From Blasia pusilla (Eukaryota), in contig CM114271.1 in the NCBI GenBank assembly GCA_050084515.1, positions 48,732,001-48,796,000 of the forward strand: a DNA stretch of 64,000 nucleotides, written 5' to 3'. Numbering within the stretch: position 1 is the first letter of the stretch; every line of letters starts with the position of its first letter. Below the pieces are notes generated by a model. The model searched no databases and was not told the DNA's origin. It was given only the letters and a program-made list of their open reading frames with translations. The position numbers and the translations under genes are program-made. Shown here piece after piece: positions 1 through 17,369 of this stretch.

Positions 1-441
1 ACTCCACTCCTCAATCTACATCGGCATATCGAGCCTCGTCCACCCTGCGCTATCAAGGAATCCGGACGCTAACACCCCAGTCCTATCTCACACACATACA
101 AGGAGGTGCTCCAATGGCCCAACATGAGAAAGATGGCTTAGGAAAGCCATCTTCCTCTCTTATATAGGGTTGGGAAGAGCCAAAAGGCTCTTCTCCCTAA
201 AAATAGCTATCCTCTTGGTAACGTGCGCACACAGGTTACCAGAGGTGGATGACCTGGTCAACAAGTCACCCGGTTGTGAAAGACCTCAACAAGAAAGTTG
301 TCAGAATCGACATTCCTGACACAATGGACCTATCCTCAACCTCATCCGACACCGTGGGACAAAGTTACACTCAAGATAGTCCGCTGGCTCCTACGCCCTA
401 TCCACGATAGATCTCGGCCTTTCGGCTACTCAGATGTGACA
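1..441 (-). mobile_element. Terminal A repeat (LTR-like) of the split-repeat Gypsy family, running off the left edge of the window
   Basis: Reverse complement starts TGTCACATCTGAGTAGCCGAAAGGCCGAGATCTATCGTGG at 441, matching the A repeat at 21821; body matches about 10200-10570. Confidence 0.8.
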
Positions 442-1589
442 GGTGAGATTTCCAAGTCGATTGTAGAGGAGCAACTAAGTTCTATAGTTTGAGATAGGAT
501 TGCATCATAATAACCAAAACCACCCGCGCAAGAGAGTCGTATAGTAGTCATGATGGAGACTTGGGAGTTATGTCTTTCACAATCCTATAGGTATAGTGAT
601 ATGGAAAGGGCCTTGATTCAAACTAGTGGATATCGATTTAGATCAGGAGCCAAAACTTGGTCGAGGCAGGCCTAGTGGAAATGACCCATGGAGAGAAAGT
701 ATGCATCTACCACTATTATGCCCGCCAAGAGAGATGTGCTTGGAAATTGGGCAGAGAGGCAAATGTGTGGAAATTTCTGACCTAGCAATCAGCACACAAA
801 GTCACATAGGCATGCCATTCCCACTCTTGAGGAGATCTTTGATCATATTGGGCATGCAAGGATCTACAATTCTTTATATATATCTTCGAGGCGGACACCA
901 TGAATAGCCTATCAGATTGGAGGGTATGCTGAAGATGGAATTTTGGGGTATCGATCCTTGTGGGAAGGATTGTTTATATTGGTGGTGATTCTTACCATTT
1001 GGATTAAAAATACCTTGGCAGAGTTTTAGAGATCTTGGATAGGATCTTGGCAAGTTTGGATTTTGTTAGGTGTTACATTGATGATATTGTAGTCTTCTGT
1101 CACGTCTTTTAGGATAGATCGGTGGGATCTAATAGAGCGCCTTCATGAGTAGTGGAGGACACACCCAGTAGGTTGAGGGTGACCTGGTGAGGCCCTTGGA
1201 AACCTGAGATAGCAGGTTTCCCCTTCGTTTCGGCTCATTTGGAGCAATATTGAGGAACTTACTATTTTAGGTAAGTACCATTTGAGTATATGATCGACTT
1301 ACTATTTTTGGTAAGTGGCCCTTGACCTCCTACATCAGGTCAAGAGCCAAGGAGGTGACTTGGGAGAATAGGTTACCATGGAGAGAGCTTGGGAGAGGGG
1401 AGGGGTATACCTCAAGGAGAGAGAGCTTGAGAGCTCATTCTCTCTTTGTTGAACCTCTTGGCATGAGGCGGCGGAGCTATGGTACCTTGCCTTGTGAGTG
1501 TAACCCAAGCCTCTCATTAGGAGAGTGGGTTTGGTTTGACATGAGAGAGAGTGCACACCTTTGAGAGCTCATGGGGGGGGGGGGGGCGC

Positions 1590-2900
1590 CCATGGACGAT
1601 TAGCATGAGTTCTCTCAGAGATATGCATGTGAGATCGAGGCGTGGAGGCTCTACTATGACCCATATTATGTGTCATGGACGGAGCCGTTCCCAGACGAGG
1701 AGGAGGAGTCAGGAGAGGCTACTGCCTCTTCCACTAGTGACGTTTTAGGAGGGGTCACTCGCACGGGAGCAGTTGCACCGTCTAGTCGGGTTCGTCCCAA
1801 GTTCAACCCTGTGGTTGAGTTCTTTGCTGAGTTGAGGGCGAGCTACCAGGGGGTACGGACGGAGAAGTTGCGGAGCATCCATGACTTCCATAGGCGCCCG
1901 GGTGAAAGTTTGCGTGAGGCTTACACTCGCTTGCGCCGGTTGATCAACGTCACTCAGGGGGTGACAGAGGCTCAGGGTATCCAGTCATGGTACGCGATGC
2001 TGGACCAGACCCTGCGGACACGAGTGCGGGAGGGGGTGCTTCTTATGAACACCTTCCCTACGTTAAGAGATGTTTTTAGGACCGCCGAGAACATTGAACG
2101 CAACATGGCGGAGGAGAGCGTAGCCACCATGGGTTCTGGGCGAGAGCGATCACGATTGGTCGCACCACCTGCGTGCAAACAACGTGACTCGAGATAGGTC
2201 GATCGCGGGCACCACGAGCTCGGGGGAGGATACCAGGAGGCCGTGCCCACGAGACTGCGCCTTCATATGCGGCTCAAGAGCGCCGCCTACTATTACTTGT
2301 TGGTCATGTGGTGGAGCCCATCATCGCCGCGATTGCATTCGTCGGGTCATGGACGTGTGCCTCAAAGATGGAGGAGGAGATGGTCCGCACAGGAGGTTAT
2401 CGTGTGACTATTGTCGAGGTATGGTCATACACGCGCCAGGTGTTTCAGTTTACATCCTGAGTTACGTCCGGACCGAGGGCCAAAGAGGGCACCAGATCGA
2501 GTAGCCGGTCCGGGTGGGCCTAGAGATCGTGCACCAGATGGTCCCGTTGGGGGACGAGGAGCCGGAGTTGCCCGACAAGGTGGTGGAGTGCCGTGGAGGT
2601 GGTAGAGTACCACCACCTAGACGCGCCGAGGGAGATGCCGGACGTGAGGTCGGGATGGTCGCCGATCTGGCCCAGCCTACAAGAGCGGATTGCCGCTATG
2701 GCATTGAGGTTACCCGATGCCGGATCCGTGGCATCGACATCATATGGAGCGATCAAAGATCCGAGGATCTTGGATGGATGTCTTGGGTTGCCCAAATGGA
2801 GGCCGCCGCATTGTGACGCGTGGAGCAGCCGCGAGTTGATCCACGAGGGGAAGCCGAAGACGAGACTAGGCTTCCTCGGTCTTTCACGTTATCGAAGCGA
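1590..2900 (+). pseudogene. Gag region of copy 1 (5' truncated, frameshifted) with two zinc knuckles
   Basis: EKLRSIHDFHRRPGESLREAYTRL (retrotransposon gag-like), CWSCGGAHHRRDC and CDYC.RYGHTRARCFSLHPEL across ORFs 1670-2197, 2184-2504 and 2411-2605. Confidence 0.8.
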
Positions 2901-4110
2901 TGAGGACCCCATCGATGGGTCCTCATCAAAGTTCCCGGAGAGTTGGTAATGTTGTTGGTGTGCAGGCACGGAGGGCGATGGGAGAAGCAAGTGCGACGAC
3001 TCCTATTGTTGATGCTCAGGAGGGGCATGTGTCGAGCACGTTGTTGGGGGCGGCCACCGTTGTGTACCGCACTCCTTTATTTTCTGCTTCCGATGTTGTG
3101 ACGTTGGGGGGTACGCCCGCTGAGGCTTTTCGGCTGGCCACTTCACTATGTGAGCGCGGAGTTGGAGTTCCTGCATCACGTTCAGAGGTGATTGCAGAGG
3201 AGGTGATGGACCTGCCCTTGGAGCGGATGCTCGGGCCGTCCACGTCAGATTCATGGCAGGCTGCGGTTGCTAGGATGGCGGAGATGCCCGCTAGACCCGC
3301 GATAGAGCGTGCCATGGCTTCTCCTCGTGTTGTGTTGCTGGATAACCAAGGAGAGGTCTTCCAGTTGGTGAGTCATGGAGGTATAGCTTTTAGTCCGCAG
3401 CGCGTCTTGTTGGATTCAGGAGCGCAACCCTTGATGTTGGGGAAAGCGTCATTCAGAGGATTGGGCTTAACGAGAGCCGATGTGGAGCGTTGTCCATTCC
3501 GGATACAGACATCTTTGGGTGGAGCGAGTACCACACAGTATATCACCCGACAGGAGGTCGTGGTGAGGATTTGCCCGGGACATCCTATAGATGAGTCCGT
3601 GGTGCGCGCCAAGGCGATAGTGACTGATGCAGAGTCCTATGACGTCTTGGTTGGTGGAGCAGTGTTATACCCGATGGGGTTTTCCCTGGATTACTGGGAG
3701 GAGTCAGCGTCCTATAGACCAGGATGGCACTCAGGTGATGGGCGCCTTAGCTCATTACCCGTTCGATTCACAGGTGCAATGATCGAGCAACGGCCAAGAG
3801 AGATGGCGACCTTAGTAGCATTTAGCAGTGCCATCACTTGGCCTAGTGATTTGATTGAGGGACATGTCCATGCAGAGGATACTCCCGTTCCTGACATTTC
3901 TATGGAGAGGAGTGTTATGGTAGCTGCATCATTCCATGGAGGAGAGGTGCATTTGTGGGGCTCGACCGAGGAGCTTCAACGATTGGCAGATGAGCACGTG
4001 CAGATCGCGTGGAGCGAGGCGTTTGCACCAGAGCGTGACGGGTCTGAGGAACCCGAGGTAGCAGGGAGTGCTACGATGACACCCTTGGATACCACATCCA
4101 TTTGTGTGGT
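2900..4110 (+). CDS. Retroviral-type aspartic protease segment of the copy 1 polyprotein
   Basis: VLLDSGAQPLM catalytic motif and YDVLVG C-terminal motif in ORF 2900-4159. Confidence 0.85.
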
Positions 4111-4124
4111 GTACCCCGGAGGAG

Positions 4125-5080
4125 GGTATTCGAGTGTTAGATCTCTTTGGAGGGATTAGCACGGATTAGCTGCTTTTTTGCACGCAGGAGTGCGAAAAGT
4201 ACAACAAAGATTTGTATGTGGAGAGTGATGATGTTGCAAGGCGGCGTCTCACTACGACATGTGGCGCAATTACGCCACGTTTTCCGACTTATTATTGTTC
4301 TGCGTCCGCAGATCTGGGTACTAGAGTTCCCTCGAGGGATATTTTGTTGTTGTTGGGGCGCAGGACTTAGAGCGGTAGGGACCATTGATTTGGTCATTGC
4401 CGGTTGGCCATGTCGGAGCCAATCGAGTCCGGACAAGGCAAGTGGGTTGGCTGACACTCGGTCCAGCTTGTTTTGGGAGATGTTGAGGGTCTTACGGCAA
4501 TTGCAGGAGCACCAGTCTCGTTCTCCAGCCTACATTTTGGAGAATGTGCCGATCTTAGGAGACTCCAGGTCACGGGTTGTGACGAGTGCTCATCAGGTGC
4601 GTGCCTGGATCGGCCCAGCAGTGTTCTTGGATCCGGTGAGTGTAGATTCTAGAGCCCATCGCTCGCGTCTATGGTGGACCAACTTGGTGCCCCATGCGGT
4701 GTTATGGATGGCGTATGCGAGAGTGGAGCGCCCCTCCCCTTTGTTAGTGGATTCCATTCTGGATCAAGGTCGTCGATCACAGGCAATGAGGCACAATGAT
4801 CGACCATCGCTGATTGTGGTCAACAGGGTAGGCAGGCCGCGGGCAGCCTTGCCCACGTTTGTGAGTTTTCCCGCTTCCTATGCATACAAGGAGGCCGGTC
4901 CTAGCTTGGTTTAGGATGACCAGGTTCAGCGGTTGGTGGAGCCCAACGCCGATGAGAGAGAGCGAGCGATGGGATTTCCCACAGAGTGACGGCAGTACCA
5001 CCATCGATGTCGAGGCATCACGACGTCATGTCTTGGGTCAGCGATGGACATGAATCGCTTGACATGGATCCTCGCCTTGG
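4125..5080 (+). CDS. C5 cytosine DNA methyltransferase domain within copy 1 Pol (frameshifted as assembled)
   Basis: Motif I IRVLDLFGGIS (about 4127-4160), IV DLVIAGWPC, VI YILENVP, VIII AHRSRLWWTNL, IX VEPNADERERAMGFP, X RRHVLGQ.MD. Confidence 0.9.
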
Positions 5081-5479
5081 GAGTGGCGGCGTCGTATGAG
5101 ATCGCGACAGATCACGGCGGTTTGCGTTGGTGAGCCCCATGCCTCACGGAGACGGTGGAGGCAGTGGTCGGGGCGAGACCCGAGGAGATCTACGCACGGG
5201 GAGATCGGAGAGACACCCTTGACTTCTTGGGATGTTTTGCAGTACGCGAGGAGATGATAGCCACATCATCGAAGCGTGGTTTTGGGCAATCGCACGTTGA
5301 GGAGATCGAGTTTGCGATTGGATGAGGAGAGCGGCCGAGTGTTGTTGTTCGAGACGGGTTGCACCATAGCAACCGCCGATACCCGCCGGAGAGTCCTACC
5401 GTAGTCACGATGGAGACTTGGGAGCCGATATGGGCCCTAAGTTGACAGGAGGAGAGCGGCGCCAAAACATCAGTTCCTC

Positions 5480-6830
5480 GGGAGTTATAGGAGCGCTGCG
5501 TTTAGCATGGAGGATTTGGGTACGCTGAAGGGACCGGGATCCGCATTGAGTTGTCGAGTGATATGCGATCTTCCGACAACCCTACAGTACTGATGATATG
5601 GAGAGGGCTCGATTGAGTAGGAGCCGAGGACTTGGTCGAGCAGACTAGTGGAGATGTCGCATGGGGAGTATGCATGTGCCCTTTGTCATGCCCGCCAAGA
5701 AGGATGTGCATGGCAATCGGACGGATAGGCGGATGTGTGGGGATTACCGACCTATCAATCGGCGATTTAAGTCCGATATGTATGCCATGCCCACCCGTGA
5801 GGAGATATTTGATGCGATTGGTCACGCAAAGGTCTTGATTCATTGGATTTAGAGCGGATACCATCACCGCCTATCGATTGGAGGACAGTGAGACGGCATT
5901 TTGGGGCATCGATCCTCACGAGAAGGATTATTTGTACTAGTGGAGGTTCTTACCATTTGGGTTAAAGAACGCCCCGGCTGAGTTTCAGAGAGTCATGGAT
6001 AGGATCTTTGGTCTGGATTTTGCTAGGTGTTATATTGATGACATCGTAGTCTTTAGCGCCATGGTTGAGGAGCATGAGCAACATCTAGAGGAGGTCTTTC
6101 GCGATTGCAATTACATGGTGGCTACATCCAGGCAAGTGCAAGTTCTTCTACGACCAGATAGAGTACTTGGGTCATACGATATACCAGGGGGCCTTGGTGT
6201 TCAGAGAAAGGTAGAGGCTATCTCACACATTCCACGCCCTCACAGATGTGAGCCGTGTTCGCGCATTCATGGATTGGCGAACTTCTATCGGCGATCGTTA
6301 AGGGATTGATTCGATTTGCGGCCATGACCTTGCTGACCAAGGTGGATCACGAGTGGCTTGGGGATGAGCAGGAGCGAGCATTTCGATTGCTCAAGGACAT
6401 GTTGACGTCCGCACCCATCTTGAGGAGACCGATCGGGCGCCCTTTCATTGCACACAGATTGGAGCATGTTGGGGCTTAGAGCGGTGCTCACCCAACATGA
6501 TGATGAGGGTAGAGAGTTCCTAGTGGCTTATGCTAGCCGCTCAAACAACGCCGCAGAGGCGGCACGGCTAGCCTCGTATGAGGGTGAGTGCTTGGTCATG
6601 TGTGGGTTTCGTCGCGCATTTCACCGGTGGACTTATTCGGCAATCCTTTACCATCATCATCGATCATCAACCACTGAAGTGGTTGATGGAGTCCGGCTGC
6701 TTACAGGGACGCTTGTAGATGGGCCTGTTGTTGCAGGAGTATGATTTTCACGTGGTACATAGACTTGGGACGCTCAACCAGGATGCAGATGGGTTGAGTC
6801 GTAACCCATGCCCAAGTCAGCAAGATGCAA
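5480..6830 (+). pseudogene. Reverse transcriptase and RNase H of copy 1 (many small indels)
   Basis: RRMCGDYRPIN, FLPFGLKNAPAEFQRVMD, CYIDDIVVF, HTDWSMLGLRAVLTQ, VAYASRS, LLLQEYDF..N..ADGLSR. Confidence 0.92.
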
Positions 6831-7171
6831 CTGGAGCTCGATGGCATGGAGAGAGTGATGAGGAGTCGGTGCCAAGATGGCACGCGTCAGCCTATTTAGG
6901 CATGTTGGCTATGGAGAGCCAGAGTGTCTAGTGGAGAGTCCTTGGATCCCGAGGCCAGTGAGGACACGACAAGTGGCCGAGATATTCATGATGATGGAGT
7001 AGTCTTAGAGTACCTTCGTACTGGCACCTTGCGAGCACCATGGATGCTAGAGAGCGGGATCGGATCCTACAGCGGGCCAGATGGTTCCGTTGGGAGGGGA
7101 CACATGTTTTGAGGGTTTGGGAGGATGGTAGAGTACGCGTAGTGCCGCATCCTTTGTAGAGAGCACGACTA

Positions 7172-8236
7172 GTGCAACATGCCCACGAGGAGTTGGGTCA
7201 CTTTGGGGTGAAGCGGACGTATAGCTTGCTCCAGATTCAGTATTGGTGGCGAGGCATGCAGACTGACGTTCAACAGTTTGTTGCCAGGTGCATGGGGTGT
7301 GATCGGGTCCGAGCATCGTTCAATGCTCCGACTCCACAGTTGCATCCATTACTGATCATGGGCTTAGGGTATAGATGGAGTTTGGATTTTGCAGGACCTT
7401 TGCCCTTGACGGAGCGTCACAGTCGTTATGTGTTGGTGATGGTCGAGCACTTCTTGAAGTGGATCGAGTTGGTTGCATTGCCTGACAAAGCAAGTGAGGG
7501 AGTAGCTTATGCCTTCCTTGACAAAGTGCTGAGTCATTATGGCGCACCGGCTGAGGTGTTGACAGACCAGGGTACCGAGTTTCACGGTGAGTTCCAGGCC
7601 TTGTGTGATCAGGCACTGATCGACCACCGCACAACTTTGCGAGATCATCCTGAGGCGGATGGATTAGCGGAGAGAGTTGTGCAGATGGTGAAGAGGGGTT
7701 TACGCAAGTATGGCTTGCAGAGAGGTCACCTAGGAGATTGGGACCTCCAGTTGCCATGGTTGGCGATGGGATACAGATTCAGCAGACAGGCATCCTTAGC
7801 GTCTTTTTCACCGTACTTGCTACTTTATGGTCGAGAGCCAGATTTACCTGCGGCCATTCGTCGAGATGCTGGTGAGGTGCTGAACCTTGATGAGCCAGAT
7901 GTATGGGTGCGAGCATGTTCTCAGAGGGCTGAGTTATTTCGGAGAGTAATGCCCATGGCGTTTGAGAACTTGGCGATTGCACACGATCGGGATATGTTGA
8001 GGTTTGTGACTATTCGAGGTGGTGGTTATCGACCAACTATCCGGAGGTTTCATCAGGGAGATTATGTCTACTTGCAGCAGACGACACCGACGACGTTGGA
8101 TGTGACTGCAGGGCGCACTATCCTGAGAGTGCGTGACATTTTGCCCTCGGGTGATCTCTTGCTGGAGGGACGCGATGGTATGGTATGGAAGGACCATGTG
8201 CGTAATTGTGCGCCATGTCACCTTCCTAACATTTGA
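7172..8236 (+). CDS. DDE integrase of copy 1 (HHCC finger, rve core, C-terminal SH3-like module)
   Basis: HAHEELGHFG..C..C, WSLDFAGPL, LTDQGTEF, HPEADGLAER, FSPYLLLYGR, RFHQGDYVYL. Confidence 0.95.
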   Translation: MQHAHEELGHFGVKRTYSLLQIQYWWRGMQTDVQQFVARCMGCDRVRASFNAPTPQLHPLLIMGLGYRWSLDFAGPLPLTERHSRYVLVMVEHFLKWIELVALPDKASEGVAYAFLDKVLSHYGAPAEVLTDQGTEFHGEFQALCDQALIDHRTTLRDHPEADGLAERVVQMVKRGLRKYGLQRGHLGDWDLQLPWLAMGYRFSRQASLASFSPYLLLYGREPDLPAAIRRDAGEVLNLDEPDVWVRACSQRAELFRRVMPMAFENLAIAHDRDMLRFVTIRGGGYRPTIRRFHQGDYVYLQQTTPTTLDVTAGRTILRVRDILPSGDLLLEGRDGMVWKDHVRNCAPCHLPNI

Positions 8237-8276
8237 TGGTACAATAGATCCGAGCTTAGCAGTAGTTCTTGCAGGC

Positions 8277-8423
8277 TTGCGTTGTATGTTGTGTGATTCT
8301 GCCCGTGGTGCGGCCACGATGCTAGTCTGTGATGGGTGTTCGAGAGGATGGCATATGGCATGTTTGACGCCACCCCTCACTAGGGTTCCTCAGGGACGAT
8401 GGATGTGTCCCAGATGTACATAG
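8277..8423 (+). CDS. PHD finger ending the copy 1 polyprotein
   Basis: CMLCDSARGAATMLVCDGCSRGWHMACLTPPLTRVPQGRWMCPRC is a C4HC3 PHD; one frameshift at about 8232 separates it from integrase, but the fusion is in frame in copy 3 (ORF 53160-53594). Confidence 0.93.
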   Translation: MRCMLCDSARGAATMLVCDGCSRGWHMACLTPPLTRVPQGRWMCPRCT

Positions 8424-10047
8424 AGAAGGTAGTTCTACATTCCGACTTGTGTGTGTGACATGGATAACAAGGAGGCGACTAACGATGGGGCCACATGAGC
8501 ACCCGGCCTTCTTGCTCTTAGCGTCCGAGAGATGTATGTCATGGTAGGTAGGGATAGATGGCTATCTGGAGTTAGAGGGACCTAACCACCAGCTAGGGGG
8601 GCGATTGGAGATATTTTGGTACTTCTTGTCTCGTTGTTTGGATGCCATGAGTTAGCATGGGATCATGCGTGTTTCTGTGTGTGTTCGGTGACAGCGATGT
8701 ATGTTGTGTAGCGATGTGTATGCGCACGACAAGCTGTCACATCTTTTAGGATAGATCGATGGGATCTAATAGAGCGCCTTCATGAGTAGTGGAGGACACA
8801 CCCAGTAGGTTGAGGGTGACCTGGTGAGGCCCTTGGAAACCTGAGATAGCAGGTTTCCCCTTCGTTTCGGCTCATTTGGAGCAATATTGAGGAACTTACT
8901 ATTTTAGGTAAGTACCATTTGAGTATATGATCGACTTACTATTTTTGGTAAGTGGCCCTTGACCTCCTACATCAGGTCAAGAGCCAAGGAGGTGACTTGG
9001 GAGAATAGGTTACCATGGAGAGAGCTTGGGAGAGGGGAGGGGTATACCTCAAGGAGAGAGAGCTTGAGAGCTCATTCTCTCTTTGTTGAACCTCTTGGCA
9101 TGAGGCGGCGGAGCTATGGTACCTTGCCTTGTGAGTGTAACCCAAGCCTCTCATTAGGAGAGTGGGTTTGGTTTGACATGAGAGAGAGTGCACACCTTTG
9201 AGAGCTATGGTGTGAGATGGTGGAGAGAGAGATTGGATCTTACTTTATTGGAGATATTTTGGTACTTCTTGTCTCGTTGTTTGGATGCCATGAGTTAGCA
9301 TGGGATCATGCGTGTTTCTGTGTGTGTTCGGTGACAGCGATGTATGTTGTGTAGCGATGTGTATGCGCACGACACTTCAGTGCCATGGTTGAGGAGCATG
9401 AGTGACATCTAGAGGAGGTATTTTGACAATTGTACTTACATGGGCTAAAGCTACATCTAGGCAAGTGCAAGTTCTTCTACGACAAGATTGAGTACTTGGA
9501 TCATACGACATACCCAAATGACCTTGGTGTTTAGCACATGAAGGTAGAGGCTATCTCAAGCTTTCAGTGCCCTACACAAGTGAGTGGAGTTTGGGTATTC
9601 ATAGGATTGGAGAATTTCTATTGATAATTCGTCAAGGGGTTGAGTTTGATTCCAAAGCCACTAATCTTGTTGACCAAGATGGATCACGAGTGGTACTAGG
9701 TGAATGAGAATTAGAGAGTATTTCAACTCTCAAGGATGGATTAACATTCGTGCATATATTGAAGAAATTTATCAAGGGATGTCCTTTCTAGTTACATACA
9801 AATTGGAGTATGTTGGGGCTTGTAGCAGTGCTCACCCAACATGATGATGAGAATTGAGAGTTCATGGTGGCTTATACTTGTCACTTAAACAATATTGTAG
9901 AGGCAAAGTATAACTCATAGAAGAGTGAGTGTTTGATTGTAGAGTGGTTGGTTGTGCTTTGTTTAGGGTTTACTTGTTTGGCAATCCCCTTACCATTATT
10001 ATTGATCATCAACATCTTAAGCAACAAATGGAGTTCAACAAGCTTAT

Positions 10048-10575
10048 TGTCATGCGCTTACACATCGATGGTCACATCCACACCGCACAACACCGATCTT
10101 CCCCACTCACGGGTAGATCCATACATGTACAGAAATCAACTCATACATATACATCGAGATCACACAACAAAAGTAAGAGTAGTAAAAATGGCACAACCGG
10201 TCTAAATCTCCACTCCTCAGTCTACATCGGCATATCAAGCCTCGTCTACCTTATGCTCCCAAGAAATCCAGACACTAGCACCCTAGTCCTATCTCACACA
10301 CAAAAGAGAAGTGCTCCAACGACCCAATATGAGAAAGATGGCTTGGGAAAGCCATCTTCCTCCCTTATATTGGGTTGGTAAGAGCCAAAAGGCTCTTCTC
10401 TTAAAAATAGCTATCCTCTTGGTAACTTGCGCGCAAATGTTATCAAGGGCGGGTGACCTGCTCAACAAGTCACCCGGTTATGAAAGACCTCAACAAGAAA
10501 GTTGTCAGAAACGACACTCTTGACACAACGGATCTATTTTCAACCTCATCCGACACCTCGGGACAAATACACTTC
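10048..10575 (-). mobile_element. B repeat plus partial A repeat (3' end or solo unit) of the split-repeat family
   Basis: TGTCATGCGCTTACACATCG at 10048 is the reverse complement of the B end; 10100-10170 matches B at 21707-21770; about 10200-10570 matches 1-370. Confidence 0.8.
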
Positions 10576-11057
10576 TAAAACTTCTCAAAAATGTCTAAAA
10601 CTATTGGGATGTTAGTTTGGGTTGAGCCATAAAGGGCAATCCAAGAGGGACTCTTTGGAAGGAGGGGCCAAATGTCTCTAGAACTAAATATGAGGGGGAA
10701 GTGCCATGCGCATATACACCGGTTCATAACACACATTATCGTGCGCATACACGTCGCTACACAAATTGACACAATCCACATCGATATCGTTGGTCACATC
10801 CACACCATACAACACCGACCTTCCCAACGCACCGTAGATCTGCACACATCCAAAAATGAACTCATGCATGTACATCCAGAATCCACAAAAAAATCAGATT
10901 AAAAATGGCCAACTCCACTCTCGAATCTACATTGGCATATGAAGCCACATCCACCCTTCGCTATGAGGGAATCGGGATGCTACCACCCTAGTTCCTATTC
11001 CACAGGAAGGCAAAATTTTTTTAAGGCCCTACATGAGAAAGATCTCTTAAGAAAACC

Positions 11058-11059
<2 letters not shown>

Positions 11060-11151
<92 letters not shown>
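11060..11151. repeat. (CT)n microsatellite
   Basis: Pure CT dinucleotide run of about 90 bp. Confidence 0.99.

Positions 11152-17369
<6,218 letters not shown>

Larger units (their letters stand above)
1098..9374 (+). mobile_element. Ty3/Gypsy-type retrotransposon (copy 1) with DNA methyltransferase and PHD finger; split repeats A1 1098-1569, B1 8604-8731, A2 8735-9246, B2 9247-9374
   Basis: Starts TGTCAC, ends CACGACA; 4-bp TSD CTTC (1094-1097 and 9375-9378); A1/A2 differ at about two positions by eye and B1/B2 look identical; internal gag-pol domains. Confidence 0.95.
442..10047 (+). pseudogene. Older degraded Gypsy pol remnant (RT-RNaseH), split by the 1098-9374 insertion
   Basis: Reads FWGID..CLYWW.FLPFGLKN..CYIDDIVVF at about 940-1097 and resumes SAMVEEHE..GLKLHLGKCKFF at 9379, then RNaseH-like sequence to 10047; many stops. 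Confidence 0.85.

Noticed and set aside
1322-1564. Identical 80-aa ORFs at 1322 and 8959
   Set aside because: Simply the duplicated A repeat; non-ATG start and no domain
4125-5080. Host DNMT gene or bacterial restriction-modification methylase
   Set aside because: Intronless, embedded between protease and RT at the same position in two TSD-bounded elements, with no endonuclease partner
1098-9374. DIRS/Ngaro tyrosine-recombinase element
   Set aside because: No tyrosine recombinase motifs seen; clear HHCC-DDE integrase, aspartic protease, TG..CA ends and TSDs
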